DNA from: Camelus dromedarius
Taxonomy: Eukaryota
DNA: 64,000 nt
Reading direction: 5' to 3'
NCBI RefSeq assembly: GCF_036321535.1
Contig: NC_087437.1
Span: forward strand, 94,242,001 to 94,306,000
Positions 13,536 to 25,590 of the stretch are shown here, one piece after another. Under the pieces are notes generated by a model that was not told where the DNA came from, did not search any database, and was given only the letters and a program-made list of their open reading frames with translations. The translations under genes were made by a program, and so were the position numbers. Position 1 is the stretch's first letter. Every line of letters starts with the position of its first letter.

Positions 13536-14015
13536 TGTCATGATACAGACTCAGTGAATTGTCTGAGATGTCATTCTACTTGCCAGCTCACAAGTTAATG
13601 TGCCACAATTTATGAATGCTGACAAAAGACACAGGACTCCTGGATCAGAGGAAAAGGACTTTATTACTCTTGGGGCAAGTTTCATGCTTGTGCCTATCCC
13701 CTTCACCCCCAAGTCCCAGGGCCCAGTTTGGAGAAACCCAAATAAAGGCTGTACAGAGAGTGGGTTTGTGTCACTGCTGAAGAATTTCAAGCTTAGGGAA
13801 TAAAAATCTTTTATAACGGGCTATACCCATGCTTGACCTATGCCCTGGATAGAGATATTATCTCTATTATACAACACAATAAAAATACTTGGGTTATCTC
13901 CAGACATTGGCATTGCAAGCATCTTTGAAGAAACAGTTCAGAACAAGGGTCATCAAAGCACCTACCATCAAGACATACAGAAATGCAAGAGACCCATGGT
14001 AATTTGTTTCCAACA
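13536..14015 (-). mobile_element. LTR40-family (ERVL) LTR
   Basis: Minus strand starts TGTTGGAAACAAATTACCATGGGTCTCTTGCATTTCTG and contains AATAAAGTCCTTTTCCTCTGATCCAGGAGTCCTGTGTC...TGACA, matching the remembered LTR40 ends; TG...CA termini. Confidence 0.8.
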
Positions 14016-14384
14016 GACCCTCCTTGCCCTAGCAACTTCAACACTGCTCATCATAGTCATCCCCTACTTCAAATAGGGAAATGCTTTGTATTCTGTAAGT
14101 AACAGACAACACTCTGCCCAGATTCCATGTCTGTTACAATATTCCTATTCGACGCTTCCCTAAAAAGAGTTTCTCCTTTTTTTTTTTGCAAGCTTAAGCA
14201 ATGAGAAATAATTTTGCAATTTTGGAATAGTTTTATATATGTAAAATGAAATAATATAATTATTATTCCAGTGCATACTTTTTAATTCTATACCACTTTT
14301 GTGTGTGTATGTTATCCTGGTAAATAGGAACAAGTCATCTTTGCTTTGACCTTACATAATATTTTCTTTCTGTATCTCTCTGTC

Positions 14385-14399
14385 TATATATATGTGTAT

Positions 14400-14430
<31 letters not shown>
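14385..14430. repeat. (CA)11 microsatellite with TA flanks
   Basis: Read directly: (CA)11 at 14401-14422. Confidence 0.95.
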
Positions 14431-14431
<1 letters not shown>

Positions 14432-15229
14432 CCTCCCTTTTGCATATTGTCTTTTATTATCTATTGTCAATATAGTCATATTATAATATATAATAATTAC
14501 ATATTTTAATATACAATTTTTTTTATAGTCTGTGTTCTCTCTAATGAGATAAAAGTGTCTAGAAAACAGGTTCTATATAATCTATATATCACTACATCAA
14601 CTTTCACATCATAAGGACTCAATCTGATGGACAAATGCTTAAATAAATAATGAATAAATGAGATGTAATTGACTCTAAGTTCCTAGAAGGCAAGATCGTA
14701 TCTGTTTTGACCACAATGAATATCTAACTTCTAGCAAAGTGCTTGAACATTAAAAAAATCAACTGGGTAGAATTAGCTTTAAATACAATAAAACTCCATT
14801 TTTAATATTTGCTTTATCTGCATTTGACAAGTTCTAAAATGTAATTGTCTCAATGTCACTTATTTTTAAGAAATTTGAATTTTTATTATGATTAGTTTTT
14901 TTATTTTATAAAAGTATTTTGTTTGTTTTATTGATTATTCATTTATTTTTTATTGCTCTAGCACTTAATTGCTTATAATCACTGTGTTCTGTAAAGTGCA
15001 GATTCTTTGATATTTATTGACATTGTGTTAAATAAAGCCAACTAACCAAAGACTACCAAAAGCACATTTATGTTCAAGCTAAAGTAGAATTTTCAATTTG
15101 ATACAGCAAAGGAGAACACACACAATTCTATATTTTTGTAAATATAACTTTAGGAAAAAACAACTATAGCTTATTGCGTAAATTAAACCAATAAATAAAT
15201 CTAGAATATTTAAATAATACAAAATTAGC

Positions 15230-15420
15230 ACTGCTATTGTGGTTACAAATAGTAGGGTGGTGGTAAGAATTGAGAATGAAGGGGAAAGAAAGAACTTCTT
15301 TGGGTGATAGAAAAAAAATGAATGATGGTTACAGAGTGGATAAAATTTCCAAAACTCATTGAATTGAACACTTAATAGTCATACTTTTTATTGAGGGTAA
15401 ATTACAGCTCATTAAACAAA
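15230..15420 (+). mobile_element. Old L1 (L1MD/ME-type) 3' end
   Basis: 'gaacttctttgggtgatagaaa...gatggttacagagtg...caaaactcattgaattgaacacttaa...taaattacagctcattaaa'. Confidence 0.7.
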
Positions 15421-17140
15421 ACAAATAAATCTATGAGTTAGAAAGACTTTGAATGATTCATTCAGTGAGAGAACTATCATCTACATTCTGACTCTATTTC
15501 CAAGAAGAGATTGAACAAACTACAAATTTATTTTGCTCATTACTTTGCGATTTAATATGAAATATTAACAAATATGTTAAATAAAAATATCATACTTCAA
15601 AAGATGTCCAGTGTTGTACCCGATTACTTGATTACTTGTTAGGTAAGAGAGTAGGTGCTTTGATTTCAGAAAAAAGGAGACGTCACTGTAAGAAGAAAAA
15701 GTCTGGAATAGCTTCATGCTGGAACAAGACTTAAGGTTGAGCTTTGAAAGTTGAGTGTGTGTTTGAATTATTATCCAGCCATTCAATTATTGATACTGGT
15801 ATACATTTTTTCCTTGTTACAATAGTATGTGTTTGCCATTTAAGGTGGTCAAAAACTGACAAGTTGGGTTAACCCTAGATTAAAAGGAGTTTATGTCATA
15901 GAAATATAAAAAATGGTAATTGTTGAAATAAAAACCTTAGTTCTCAATACCTGACATTATCTGCAAGTGATGTTGAAACAATGTCTACTAACATCAATGA
16001 AAGTAACTATGTTTAAAAGTTTACAACAAACCTGTGGTGCAGAAATAACTTTACTTTCTCAATGGCTAAATACATAAAATATAAAAAACAAACAAAAGCA
16101 CAAATACGAACACCTTCATTTTGTTCACCAAAACACCACACGAGATTTCAGTACTTCTCCTTTCCTGACATCTGAGTGGTCTTACAGTGTTAAATTTAAC
16201 AACTGAGTAAACACAACACTTACAAGCTGACGGATGAGAGGTAGTAATTGTTGAAGCAAAGCTTCCGACAACATGTTTTACAGGGTACAGTATCCAATTT
16301 CCTCAAGTGACAGTTTTCAGTATCTTAATTGTGAGAGGATAGTAAATTGTTCACATCATGAGCATTTTTGGCACAAACTTTTAGAAGCAATTTTCAAGGG
16401 AGTCATCTAGGATGAATGATACGATACTTAGTGCAGCAGCAGAGAACAGCATTAAACAATCACCGTGTGCAGAATATGACATGGCATGACCCTAAGTGCA
16501 ACTTGTGTGCACAGAGAGCAAGAGATGCTTGTGTTACATCACGTAACGTTTTATCCCAGTGATAAGAGAAAAGAACTTCCAGCCACTGAATACTTCGAAA
16601 TTATAAGGCTGGTACTTACTTAAAAGTTTAACTTCCTGTGACAGGAGTTTTCAAATTACTTTTTTATCACTAACGAAACTGTGCATCATGGGAAAAGTAC
16701 AGGTGCAGTGTGTTGCTACCAAGATGAGTTGTTTTTATCCGCACATGAGCGTTTAATTCACTCAACCCGGGGTGTCTGCGGTGCTGACAGAGCCGCGTTC
16801 GTATTCTCTCTAGGAAGTTTATTCCTCTAACTGCTTCAGACTCCAAGAAGAATTTGTTTCAAAGAGTGTAAATTGTGACACATCAACCTATCTTAGCTGG
16901 TAAGACATATAATTCAGTGCGGAAGGACTCAATCTTTTCTTTGAGCTAAAAAAAAATTAAGTATATTAATAATTGGTCATAGACTAACTCCCTCTTCACT
17001 TAACTTCTAGTTCTTCTGTTACACAAAAGTAAACTCTATTTCAATATTACTTTCTATGTAACATAAAATACTTTGAGAAATATAGGCATGTGGTAATCTT
17101 TAGAAGGACATAATATGGGTGATTAAGAATTAGGGATCTG

Positions 17141-18016
17141 CAATAGGCACATGAAAAACGCTCAATATCACTAATTATCAGAGAAATGCAAATCAAAACT
17201 ACAATGAGGTATCACCTCACACCAGTCAGAATGGCCATCATTCAAAAATCCACAAATGACAAATGCTGGAGAGGCTGTTGAGAAAAGGGAACCCTCCTTC
17301 ACTGCTGGTGGGAATGCAGTCTGGTGCAGTCACTGTGGAAGACAGTATGGAGATTCCTCAAAAGACTAGGAATAGACTTACCATATGACCCAGGAATCCA
17401 CTCCTGGGCATATATCAGGAAAGAACCCTATTTCAGGATGACACCTGCACCCCAATGTTCATAGCAGCATTATTTACAATAGCCAAGACATGGAAACAGC
17501 CTAAATGTCCATCAACAGATGACTGGATAAAGAAGAGGTGGTATATTTATACAATGGAATACTACTCAGCCATAAAAACTGAGAACATAACACCATTTGC
17601 AGCAACATGGATGTTACTGGAGAGTGTCATTCTAAGTGAAGTGAGCCAGAAAGAGAAAGAAAAATACCATATGAGATCACTCATATGTGGAATCTAAAAC
17701 AAAAACAAAAACAAACAAAGCATAAATACAAAACGGAAATAGACTCACAGACATAGAATATAAATTTATGGTTGCCAAGGTGGTGGGGAGGTGGGAAGAG
17801 ATAGACTGGGATTTCAAAATTGTAGAATAGATAAACAAGATTCTACTGTATAGCACAGGGAAATATATACAAGATCTTATGGTAGCTCACAGAAAAAAAT
17901 GTGGCAATGAATATATATATGTTCATGTATAACTGAAAAACTGTGCTCTACACTGGAATTTGACACAACATTGTAAAATGATTATAAATCAATAAAAAAT
18001 GTTAAAAGTGAAAAAA
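17141..18016 (+). mobile_element. Young 5'-truncated LINE-1 (ORF2 end, 3'UTR, A-tail)
   Basis: ORF2p C-terminal homology, AATAAA at 17991 and an A-rich tail. 16-bp TSD aagaattagggatctg (17125-17140) / aagaataagggatctg (18017-18032) at a TT|AAGA endonuclease-type site. Confidence 0.97.
17142..17697 (+). pseudogene. Disrupted LINE-1 ORF2p C-terminal domain with CCHC zinc knuckle
   Basis: Translates to ..[77 protein letters not shown]. In-frame TGA at 17279-17281 and frameshifts near 17157 and 17398. Confidence 0.95.
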
Positions 18017-18540
18017 AAGAATAAGGGATCTGGAGTCATTTAGCATTAAATCCTAGGTCTACCAGGTGTTATGCTGGTGATTTTTGAGGAAAAATTAAGC
18101 TTTTGACTCCCTTATAGAAAGATGGGGAGGAACTAGTAGAAGAAACTTCAAGGAAGCTCCCTTGGACAGCTCATATGAGTTACCCAAGAATTTCTAGGGC
18201 GTACTGCGTGAGTGTGTAAGGAGCATCTAAAGAAACTCAAGGTGTGAGGGTGTGGCTATCAGCCTGAGGCAACTGGGCAGAGAGGGAACAGAGACACATG
18301 TTTAGAAAGTAACTGCCCTTCCAACAACGGCAGAGTAAACCATGTAACAGTGTGGCTGTCATGTGTGGGCCAAACACAGACGTCAACCCAGGCTTATTTA
18401 AAATAGGATTGAGTCCTAGAGAATTTGCCCAAGTCTGAGCAAAACCCTTGAGAGTAAGAAACGAAGGAACACTGAAGACACAGCTAAAAGGTATAAAGCA
18501 CCTATCCCATAGATGTGCAGTTAGATTCATCCAGAGACTT

Positions 18541-19041
18541 CTTTTTTTATTTGATGTTACTTATTCATTGAGGTTCTTTTTTTTTTTTAATTGAAGTATA
18601 GTCGGTTACAATGTGTCAATTTCTGGTGTACAGCATAATATCTCAGTAATGTGTGTGTGTGTATACACACACACATATTCATTTTCATTAAAGGTTATTA
18701 CAAAATATTGAATATAGTTCCCTGTGCTATACAGAAGAAATTTGTTTTTTATCTATTTTTATATATAGTGGTTAACATTTGCAAATCTCAAACTCTCAAA
18801 TTTATTCCTTCCCACCCCTTTTCCCCTAGTAACTGTAAGATTGTTCACTATGTCTGTGAGTCTGTTTTTGTTTTGTAGATGACTTCATTAGTGTCCTCTT
18901 TTTTCTTTCTCTTTTTCTTTTTTTTCTTTTTTTTAAGATTCCACATGAGTGATATCATATGGTATTTTTCTTTCTCTTTCTGGCTTACTTCACTTAGAAT
19001 GGTGATCTCCAGGTCCATACTGCTGCAAATGGCATTATTTT
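18541..19041 (-). mobile_element. Young 5'-truncated L1 3' end with extra 3' segment
   Basis: L1 3'UTR and ORF2 terminus in antisense (18577-19041). 16-bp TSD attcatccagagactt (18525-18540) / attcagccagagactt (19042-19057). Confidence 0.92.
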
Positions 19042-19589
19042 ATTCAGCCAGAGACTTTTGAAGACTTCATGACATCACTAAAGATCACAAAGTGGGCTTC
19101 GAACATCGACCATTTCCAGAGAGCCAAAGCCATCTTAGGACAGTTTCGATTTGGTAAGAACATTCCCTTTCTTCTTTCCAGGTATTTCAACCTGGAGAGA
19201 TCAGTCACTGCTCCAGGTGAATGCGTGGGTATGGGATAAGGGAAGCCAACCACCTCTCCAAGAGTCAGGCAGCCCGCCAGCAACTAATACCTAGATGAAA
19301 AGAGGATATTGGGAAAGACTCTTGAATAAATACTGAAGTGTTCAATATATTGGGCCTGCCATTCTACTTTTGGAACCAAGGCTTCATTTTGTGAATAAAA
19401 AAATCCTAGGATTCTTTATTACCTAAGAAAGACAAAAAAATTATGAGGCTTGCCAGAGTTGTCATTTACTGGCAGAAGAAAAATGTTTCCCCAACCTAGG
19501 AGCTGTGGGAGGCCAAATTATAGTTGCATTTTGATTGCATCACGTAACTTGGACTTGTTCAAATCTATAGTCCTACTAATATTAGTAAT

Positions 19590-20047
19590 ATGTTTGCTAT
19601 GGACAAGTGTTCCTTGCTCTCTCTTTGCCTTTTCTCCCGCCCACATGAGCCTGATATTTTAGTGTGGAGGAAATTTGTCCATCTCCCAGTCCTGCCCGAG
19701 TTATTATGGTGAAAATTATTCTCTTCTGAGCTCCAAGAACCTGCCATGATGACTTAAGCCAGCCAGAGAGACCCAGGTTTTTTCTCCAGCCAGATGATGT
19801 AATGGGAGACTGTGGAGTATGAAACTGCTGCAGTCACTTACCTAACACATTTGAGAGCCCTTAGCTGGGTAAGAAGGAATATGAGGATAGAGGCCACCAA
19901 AGAAGGTAGACATGGTTTGAGCTACTGTGTGGATGTTAAGGTAGCAAGCTCTCTTGACTTAAATCGATTTGCTCAGTAAATGTTCTTGTTTAAATTCAGT
20001 TTGAGTTATTTTTGTGTCATTTGTAACATAAAATGTCCTGATAAACA
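19590..20047 (+). mobile_element. Old ERVL/MaLR LTR (LTR16/MLT1-like)
   Basis: 3' end 'cagtttgagttatttttgtgtcatttgtaacataaaatgtcctgataaaca' matches the terminus shared by these families; 5' boundary uncertain. Confidence 0.55.
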
Positions 20048-21865
20048 ATTTATGATTTTTCGTGCCTCAATATATATATATTTATGAATATATATATATT
20101 TTTCATAACAAATATGTTCTAACATGTTCAAATTTTTTAGCCAAATTACTATGACTTAAATAAGGGCCAAGTTTTACTTTCTACATTCAGAGGTATATGT
20201 CTTGAATTATCTATTTCACTGCAAATAACTCCCATTATTAAAAGAGTAATACCTTTTACGTATTTTTTAAGAATTAAAACAAGAAACACATTGTGATTTT
20301 AGCTTCATCACTGTTGATGCATGAAATCAATTCCCTGGGGAAAAGTGAGGGGAAAAAAAGCAGTAATGCTTATAAAAATTAGAATTTTTCATGTGTAAAA
20401 CTAATTCAAATAAGCTTTAAAGAACAAAAAAAAAGTATGTAGATGAAATATATCTATAAAACCATTAAGATTTGAAAGGAGAATTTAATTCTAGCCTCTC
20501 CCAAGTCTCTATATATTATATAATCATTTGGTTTGTCACATTAGCTTCTAGTCATTTATTTCTTCCTCATTGCAGATTAACATAATTACTAAATATTTCT
20601 TAATTTTTAATGCATTACTTGATATTTAAATTTACTATTTTCTTAGTCATAATATGCAATAAATGAATATTAATCCTCAGAAATAGTACTGGATTTCTTT
20701 TGGTCTTCTTTTCAGACCTATTCCTGACCCTTAGCTTCCCCAGGTTCAAAAAAATAGCACATTTTCTACTTGTCCTATTATTTGTTTTGTTCTGCTCTGC
20801 TTTCTGGATTAAACATTAGTCTGTAGCTTATGGTCCTCGAGGGGTAACTTCTTCCAATTTTATGTCTGAATAAACAATGCTGTATAGAGAATTTTAGCTT
20901 CCGTAAGATTAGTTTTTATCTAAACTATATTTCAATGGAAAGATGTGAAAATATACCAACCCCCCACTAGTTTAATGAATCCATAAAAATGGCAATGTCC
21001 TTCTTCTTAGGCTAGCAAAGTATAAATAACTGTATTTGAGCGAGCATAGTCTTAGGTTATTTACAAGGATTCTTATTTATCAGGAAACTGAAACTCATTC
21101 GGACTTGTAAACCAAAATGACCTATACATACTAATATCATTAGCCTAGAAAAATAGTATAGTGAGTTATTTCGCTGTCAGAGCCCATGAACCACAGAAAG
21201 ATGAGGTGCAGCAACGTCTGATTAGGAGGTTACTCAAGAAAAGTACTTGTGAAATGGCCTTTGTAGAAAGCAATATAGCTACTTGAACAGAAGGTTTAAA
21301 AATACACTGTTTCAATTTTCAACCTTGTAAATATTTCAAAATTTAGACATGAATATAAATCTAACATAGCTAAATTAAATATAGAGGAACTCTTTGCTCT
21401 CCCTCTTTGAAGTCAAACTTACCAATTCTTGGTTAAAAAAATTGCCCTGGTTCATGATTAAAGAATAGACTTATGGAAGCCAGAATTTTAGCTGGTATGA
21501 CATTTAGGAGGTGATAAATGATCCTGGAGAGCCTGAAATCAATATGGCTTCCTGGGCTCCCAATATTGGGCTGTCTCTGACAAGAGACAATCAGGTAGTT
21601 CTCACTATTCCTGGGGTTTTTGTGATCTACGTATAGATTCTATAGTTGATGTCATACATTCTAATTTGAAACTTCTAACCAAGAATATTTCAATCAACTG
21701 TCATGTGCAATATTCCTCATAAAAATGTTTAGATATTTTATCAAATAATTGGCTATATACACTTTTATTAATCGGGTCCTGGTTCCTGTTTCTTCTATTA
21801 TAACATTAAAAAATGAAATCTTGGTAATAAGAAAAAGCTTAAATCATTAAAAGTAAATTAAATTT

Positions 21866-22032
21866 AATGTGCCCCATATTGTAACATATGTATCCATGTT
21901 GTAGCATGTGACAGGATTTCCTTCCTTTTAAGACCAAATAGTATTCATACTTAATACTATTGAACTATACACTTAAAGTGATTATGATGGTAAATTTTGT
22001 GTGATGGATTTTTCATCACAATAAAAACTCAT
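21866..22032. mobile_element. Short L1M-type insertion with inverted 5' part
   Basis: 21866-21946 is antisense L1 ('atccatgttgtagcatgtgacaggatttccttcctttt'). 21947-22027 is a sense L1 3' end ('atacttaatactattgaactatacacttaaa...cacaataaaaa'). Confidence 0.7.
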
Positions 22033-23219
22033 AAAGTAAATGAATTTGTTAAATATAAAAATAAAAAGAAAGTACTTAAAAGTAAAATAGCAAAAATCTG
22101 AGTAGAAATTACTTTTCTCATAAAGAAAACACATGAAAGATAAACGCATCAGAAAAATACTAAAGCTCATAGATAATTCTTTCAGTATATTCTTAAAGAG
22201 CTGCTATGGTGATACAATGAGCTACTATATGCACGTCCTTAGGACAGTGACCGGTCTATTAAAGCTGTCCATCAAAGTCAGATGGTATTATTAGGAGTAG
22301 GATTTAGAACTGGAATAGGAGTGGGAGGAGAGAGAAAAAAATTTATATACGGAAAGAATGTCATACCCAAATAAGTAAAAAATTTAAAAGTCATGGTGCT
22401 CAGTGCAGAAAAGTACGGTCCTAAACATTGCTGGAAAGATGTAAATTTGCATAAACTTGGAAATTAATTTGATAATGTGTTCTCAAAAACTTTAAGAATT
22501 TCCTTGACCCAATAATTCCATTGCAAAGATTAAATTTTAAAGATGTAATGAGATATGTAGGAAAATGTTTATTGCTATTATATTTGTATTATTAAAAACT
22601 TTAGATTACAGAATTATATTCTGTTGGGAATAAAAATCTTTCATTTTTCATATACATTTAATGCAGTCTAGCTGTCAGTCCAAAAAAAAATGGTTAATGA
22701 TGTTGGTCACTTAGTGTATTTAATAATACTATTTCTTAATATGTCAAAACAACTGACATTGTATTAAGTATAATTCAAAATTTAAAAAAAGAAAAAACAA
22801 GTAAATGAAATATTGTAACTTTTAAATGTGGGTGACAGAATTATGAAAGATTTATCTAAATGGCTATAGATTTTTAACATTTTAACAAGTAACATGAGTT
22901 ACTCACTTTGATATTAAAAAGACAAATAATTACATAGAAGTACATGAGATATTTCTAATTAATTATCTTCTTACAAACTCTAAAACTTAAAAGCTTAGGG
23001 CTATTAGAGATATCATCTAATTTTAATCTAAGTAATTATTTAATGAACGTTTGACTTTAATTCTAATAATTTAAAGTTTAAGTACCATACTGTGCTATTT
23101 CTAAAGGGAAATTTTTAAAAAAAAAATCCATGACTCACTGATTTTTTTTGTCTTTCTTATGAAATCATTACCATTTTTCAAATTGTATCAGTGGTTTTTG
23201 GTAGAATGGCTGGGCACTT

Positions 23220-24090
23220 TTATATTAATTTATTCAACATTTATTGATTATCTTTGTACCAGATACTCCTCAAAGTGAAGAAGATGAGTTAAGGTGAGTC
23301 AAGGAGATTCATAAATCAATTGATAAATATGTTGGAAGTGTTATAATATAGGTATAAAGCACTTTGAGAATCCAGAATAATTATTACATAGCCTAGATTG
23401 AGTGAGAAGGGTTGTGAATTTTTAACAGAACTTGACAGAATATGAGGCACACTTTAAAATCTTAGCTGAATATTTTAAGAAAAGTAGGCTTTAAAGAAGA
23501 ATCCAGGAAGAAGCAAGAACATGAAATTGTATATATTTTAAATATATATATATGAATTATGTATGTGTGTACACACATAATATAATGAAATACAATGTCC
23601 TTTCCAGTGAATAGTGGGGCCAATGTGAATAAAACCTAAAGCACGCAGTTGGAAGAGATGACGGACAGATGTTATGGGAACAGGGGGACTTAGAGCAAGT
23701 AGCTGCAAATCAGAAGATAATTTTCTTGCATGGTATGCTTAGAAGTCTAGATACTATTCTGTATGCAGATATTATCCAACAGTCCAACAAATGCTTTTAT
23801 TAAAGAAGAAGAATTAGAAAATTTGGTTGATGATGAAAAGTTGGAGACATGTGGAGATGAGAAGTGACCAGAAGCACAGATACCGCGTGGGAGACAGCTA
23901 TGCTAGCTGTGATAAAATGCATGATATCCTGAGCCAAGCTGTGCTGGTAGGCATAGAAAAAAGCGGGTCTTTCTAAGGTACATGGGGCTCCCTCTGGCTT
24001 TATGTAGGTGGTAAGGGGGAATAGAACAAATAAGAATGGTTCTGAAGGTACCTGAACCTATTGTAACAATTGAGGGGATGATTGTGTCTG
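23220..24090 (-). mobile_element. L2 fragments
   Basis: 'ttattcaacatttattgattatctttgtaccagatact' is an antisense L2 3' terminus, followed by purine-rich L2-like sequence. Confidence 0.55.
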
Positions 24091-25379
24091 CAATTTAGGG
24101 GAAAAAATCGATTTTTATGTTATCCAACAAATGAGCAATTTTACAAAAATGTATGGAAATCTTGCTCCAAATCGGTTTGTCAGCAATGTTTAAGACTGTA
24201 TGCTGAGACCATGGCACTGGGACAGAAACGAGGATGTCAGTAGAGAAAAATGAGTGTTCTACTTAAATTAGTTTCCAGGGTTTTTTTTTTTTTTAAAGGT
24301 ATAGAATATATACTTTTTAAAATATTAAAGGATTTACAGGACCAAACAATGTGCAATTAAACAAAAAATTGCCAACTAATTAAAAATTAATACTCTGAAA
24401 TGTACCAATAGGAAACAATTTGAATGCACATTCTCAATGTTAATGAAATGGTTAAATAAAACATACGTACGGAGAACACAGCTCTATTTTTTCTAGTTAC
24501 TTACAATATTTTAAATTATGCAGCTAAGTGGAGTTGCCAACAGATTGGCTTAAATTACATTTATGAACAGATATTGTGTCTAATTAGCAAACCATTATAT
24601 TCAAACTGATTCTAAAGCTTTTTAAAATACTTAAAACATATTTTCTGTTATTACTCACATATCCTCCTCACCCACAAAAATATCTCACACAGATTCTTAA
24701 TTTACTTTGTAAACCTTTTCTTAACTGGTAAAAGAGAGAAACATCACTCCAACCCTTATCAAAACTAGCAAAAATCAGATTTTTGAGTTCAGAGGGAAGA
24801 GGTGTCTTTCTCGTATCTTAACATAATTACTAATGAAATGCAGAGAAAAAAGCATGTATAGTAAGATTTGTTTCTTCAGGGAAAGTTTCTGTATGGAGTA
24901 AATTTAGATCAAGTTTCTAAGGAGATTGCAGTGGTAAATAAATATACCTCCCATGATCTGGGGAAGGGGAGATGGAATTCTATTTTTACCTTCAAGAAAA
25001 CACAGCAGAAAACGCATCTGCATGTGGAAAAATTCTCACAGAATACCAAGATCTGGAGGAGGATGCAAAAATTAAAGACACCAAGGAATCATAGATTTTG
25101 AGCTGCAGCATCTCACAACCCTCTTAAATAGGGCAGTTCTTGAATCCACTACAACAGTTAGGGCAAATGTTACAGTCTTTGCTTTCAGGTCCTCTGGAAT
25201 CAATGCTCAAAAATAAGACGATGTATATTCACTTTAATTTCAATGAACATGCTTGGCCTCCCAGTGAAGGAAGGAAAATAATTACAAAATGACACCTACA
25301 GATAGGTTTAAAATACTGAAAAATGTTAGACTCACCAGGTAAAGATTGAAGAAGAACAAACAAGAGAGCAATCATTCCA

Positions 25380-25590
25380 CAAGCACCTACTATGTGCCAG
25401 GCACCATGCAGGTGCTTTGTGTATATTGCGGTATTTACTATGAATAGCAGTTTGTGAGGTTCGCATGATTGTCTTCATTGTACAGAAGACACTGAAGTTT
25501 AAAGATTAAATACCCCACCCAAGTGACCCAAAAAGTGAAAAATGGAATCTCTATGTCTGTCCTATAAAATCTGTCAGTTGTTCTCCACTA
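25380..25590 (-). mobile_element. MIR SINE
   Basis: 'agcacctactatgtgccaggcaccatgc...ttgtgagg...cattgtacagaagacactgaag'. Confidence 0.75.

Larger units (their letters stand above)
17115..18125 (+). mobile_element. MIR split by the L1 insertion (17115-17140 and 18017-18125)
   Basis: Reconstructed empty site 'gtgattaagaattagggatctggagtca...aaatcctaggtctacca...gctggtgatttttgag' resembles the MIR 5' half (GGTTAAGAGCATGGGCTCTGGAGTCAG..AAATCC..). Confidence 0.55.

Noticed and set aside
13337..14076. Cluster of five ORFs on both strands
   Set aside because: They mostly overlap the LTR40 element; no gag, pol or env motifs seen.
17455..17697. 80-aa ORF as a host gene
   Set aside because: It is the C-terminus of LINE-1 ORF2p within a truncated, disrupted L1.
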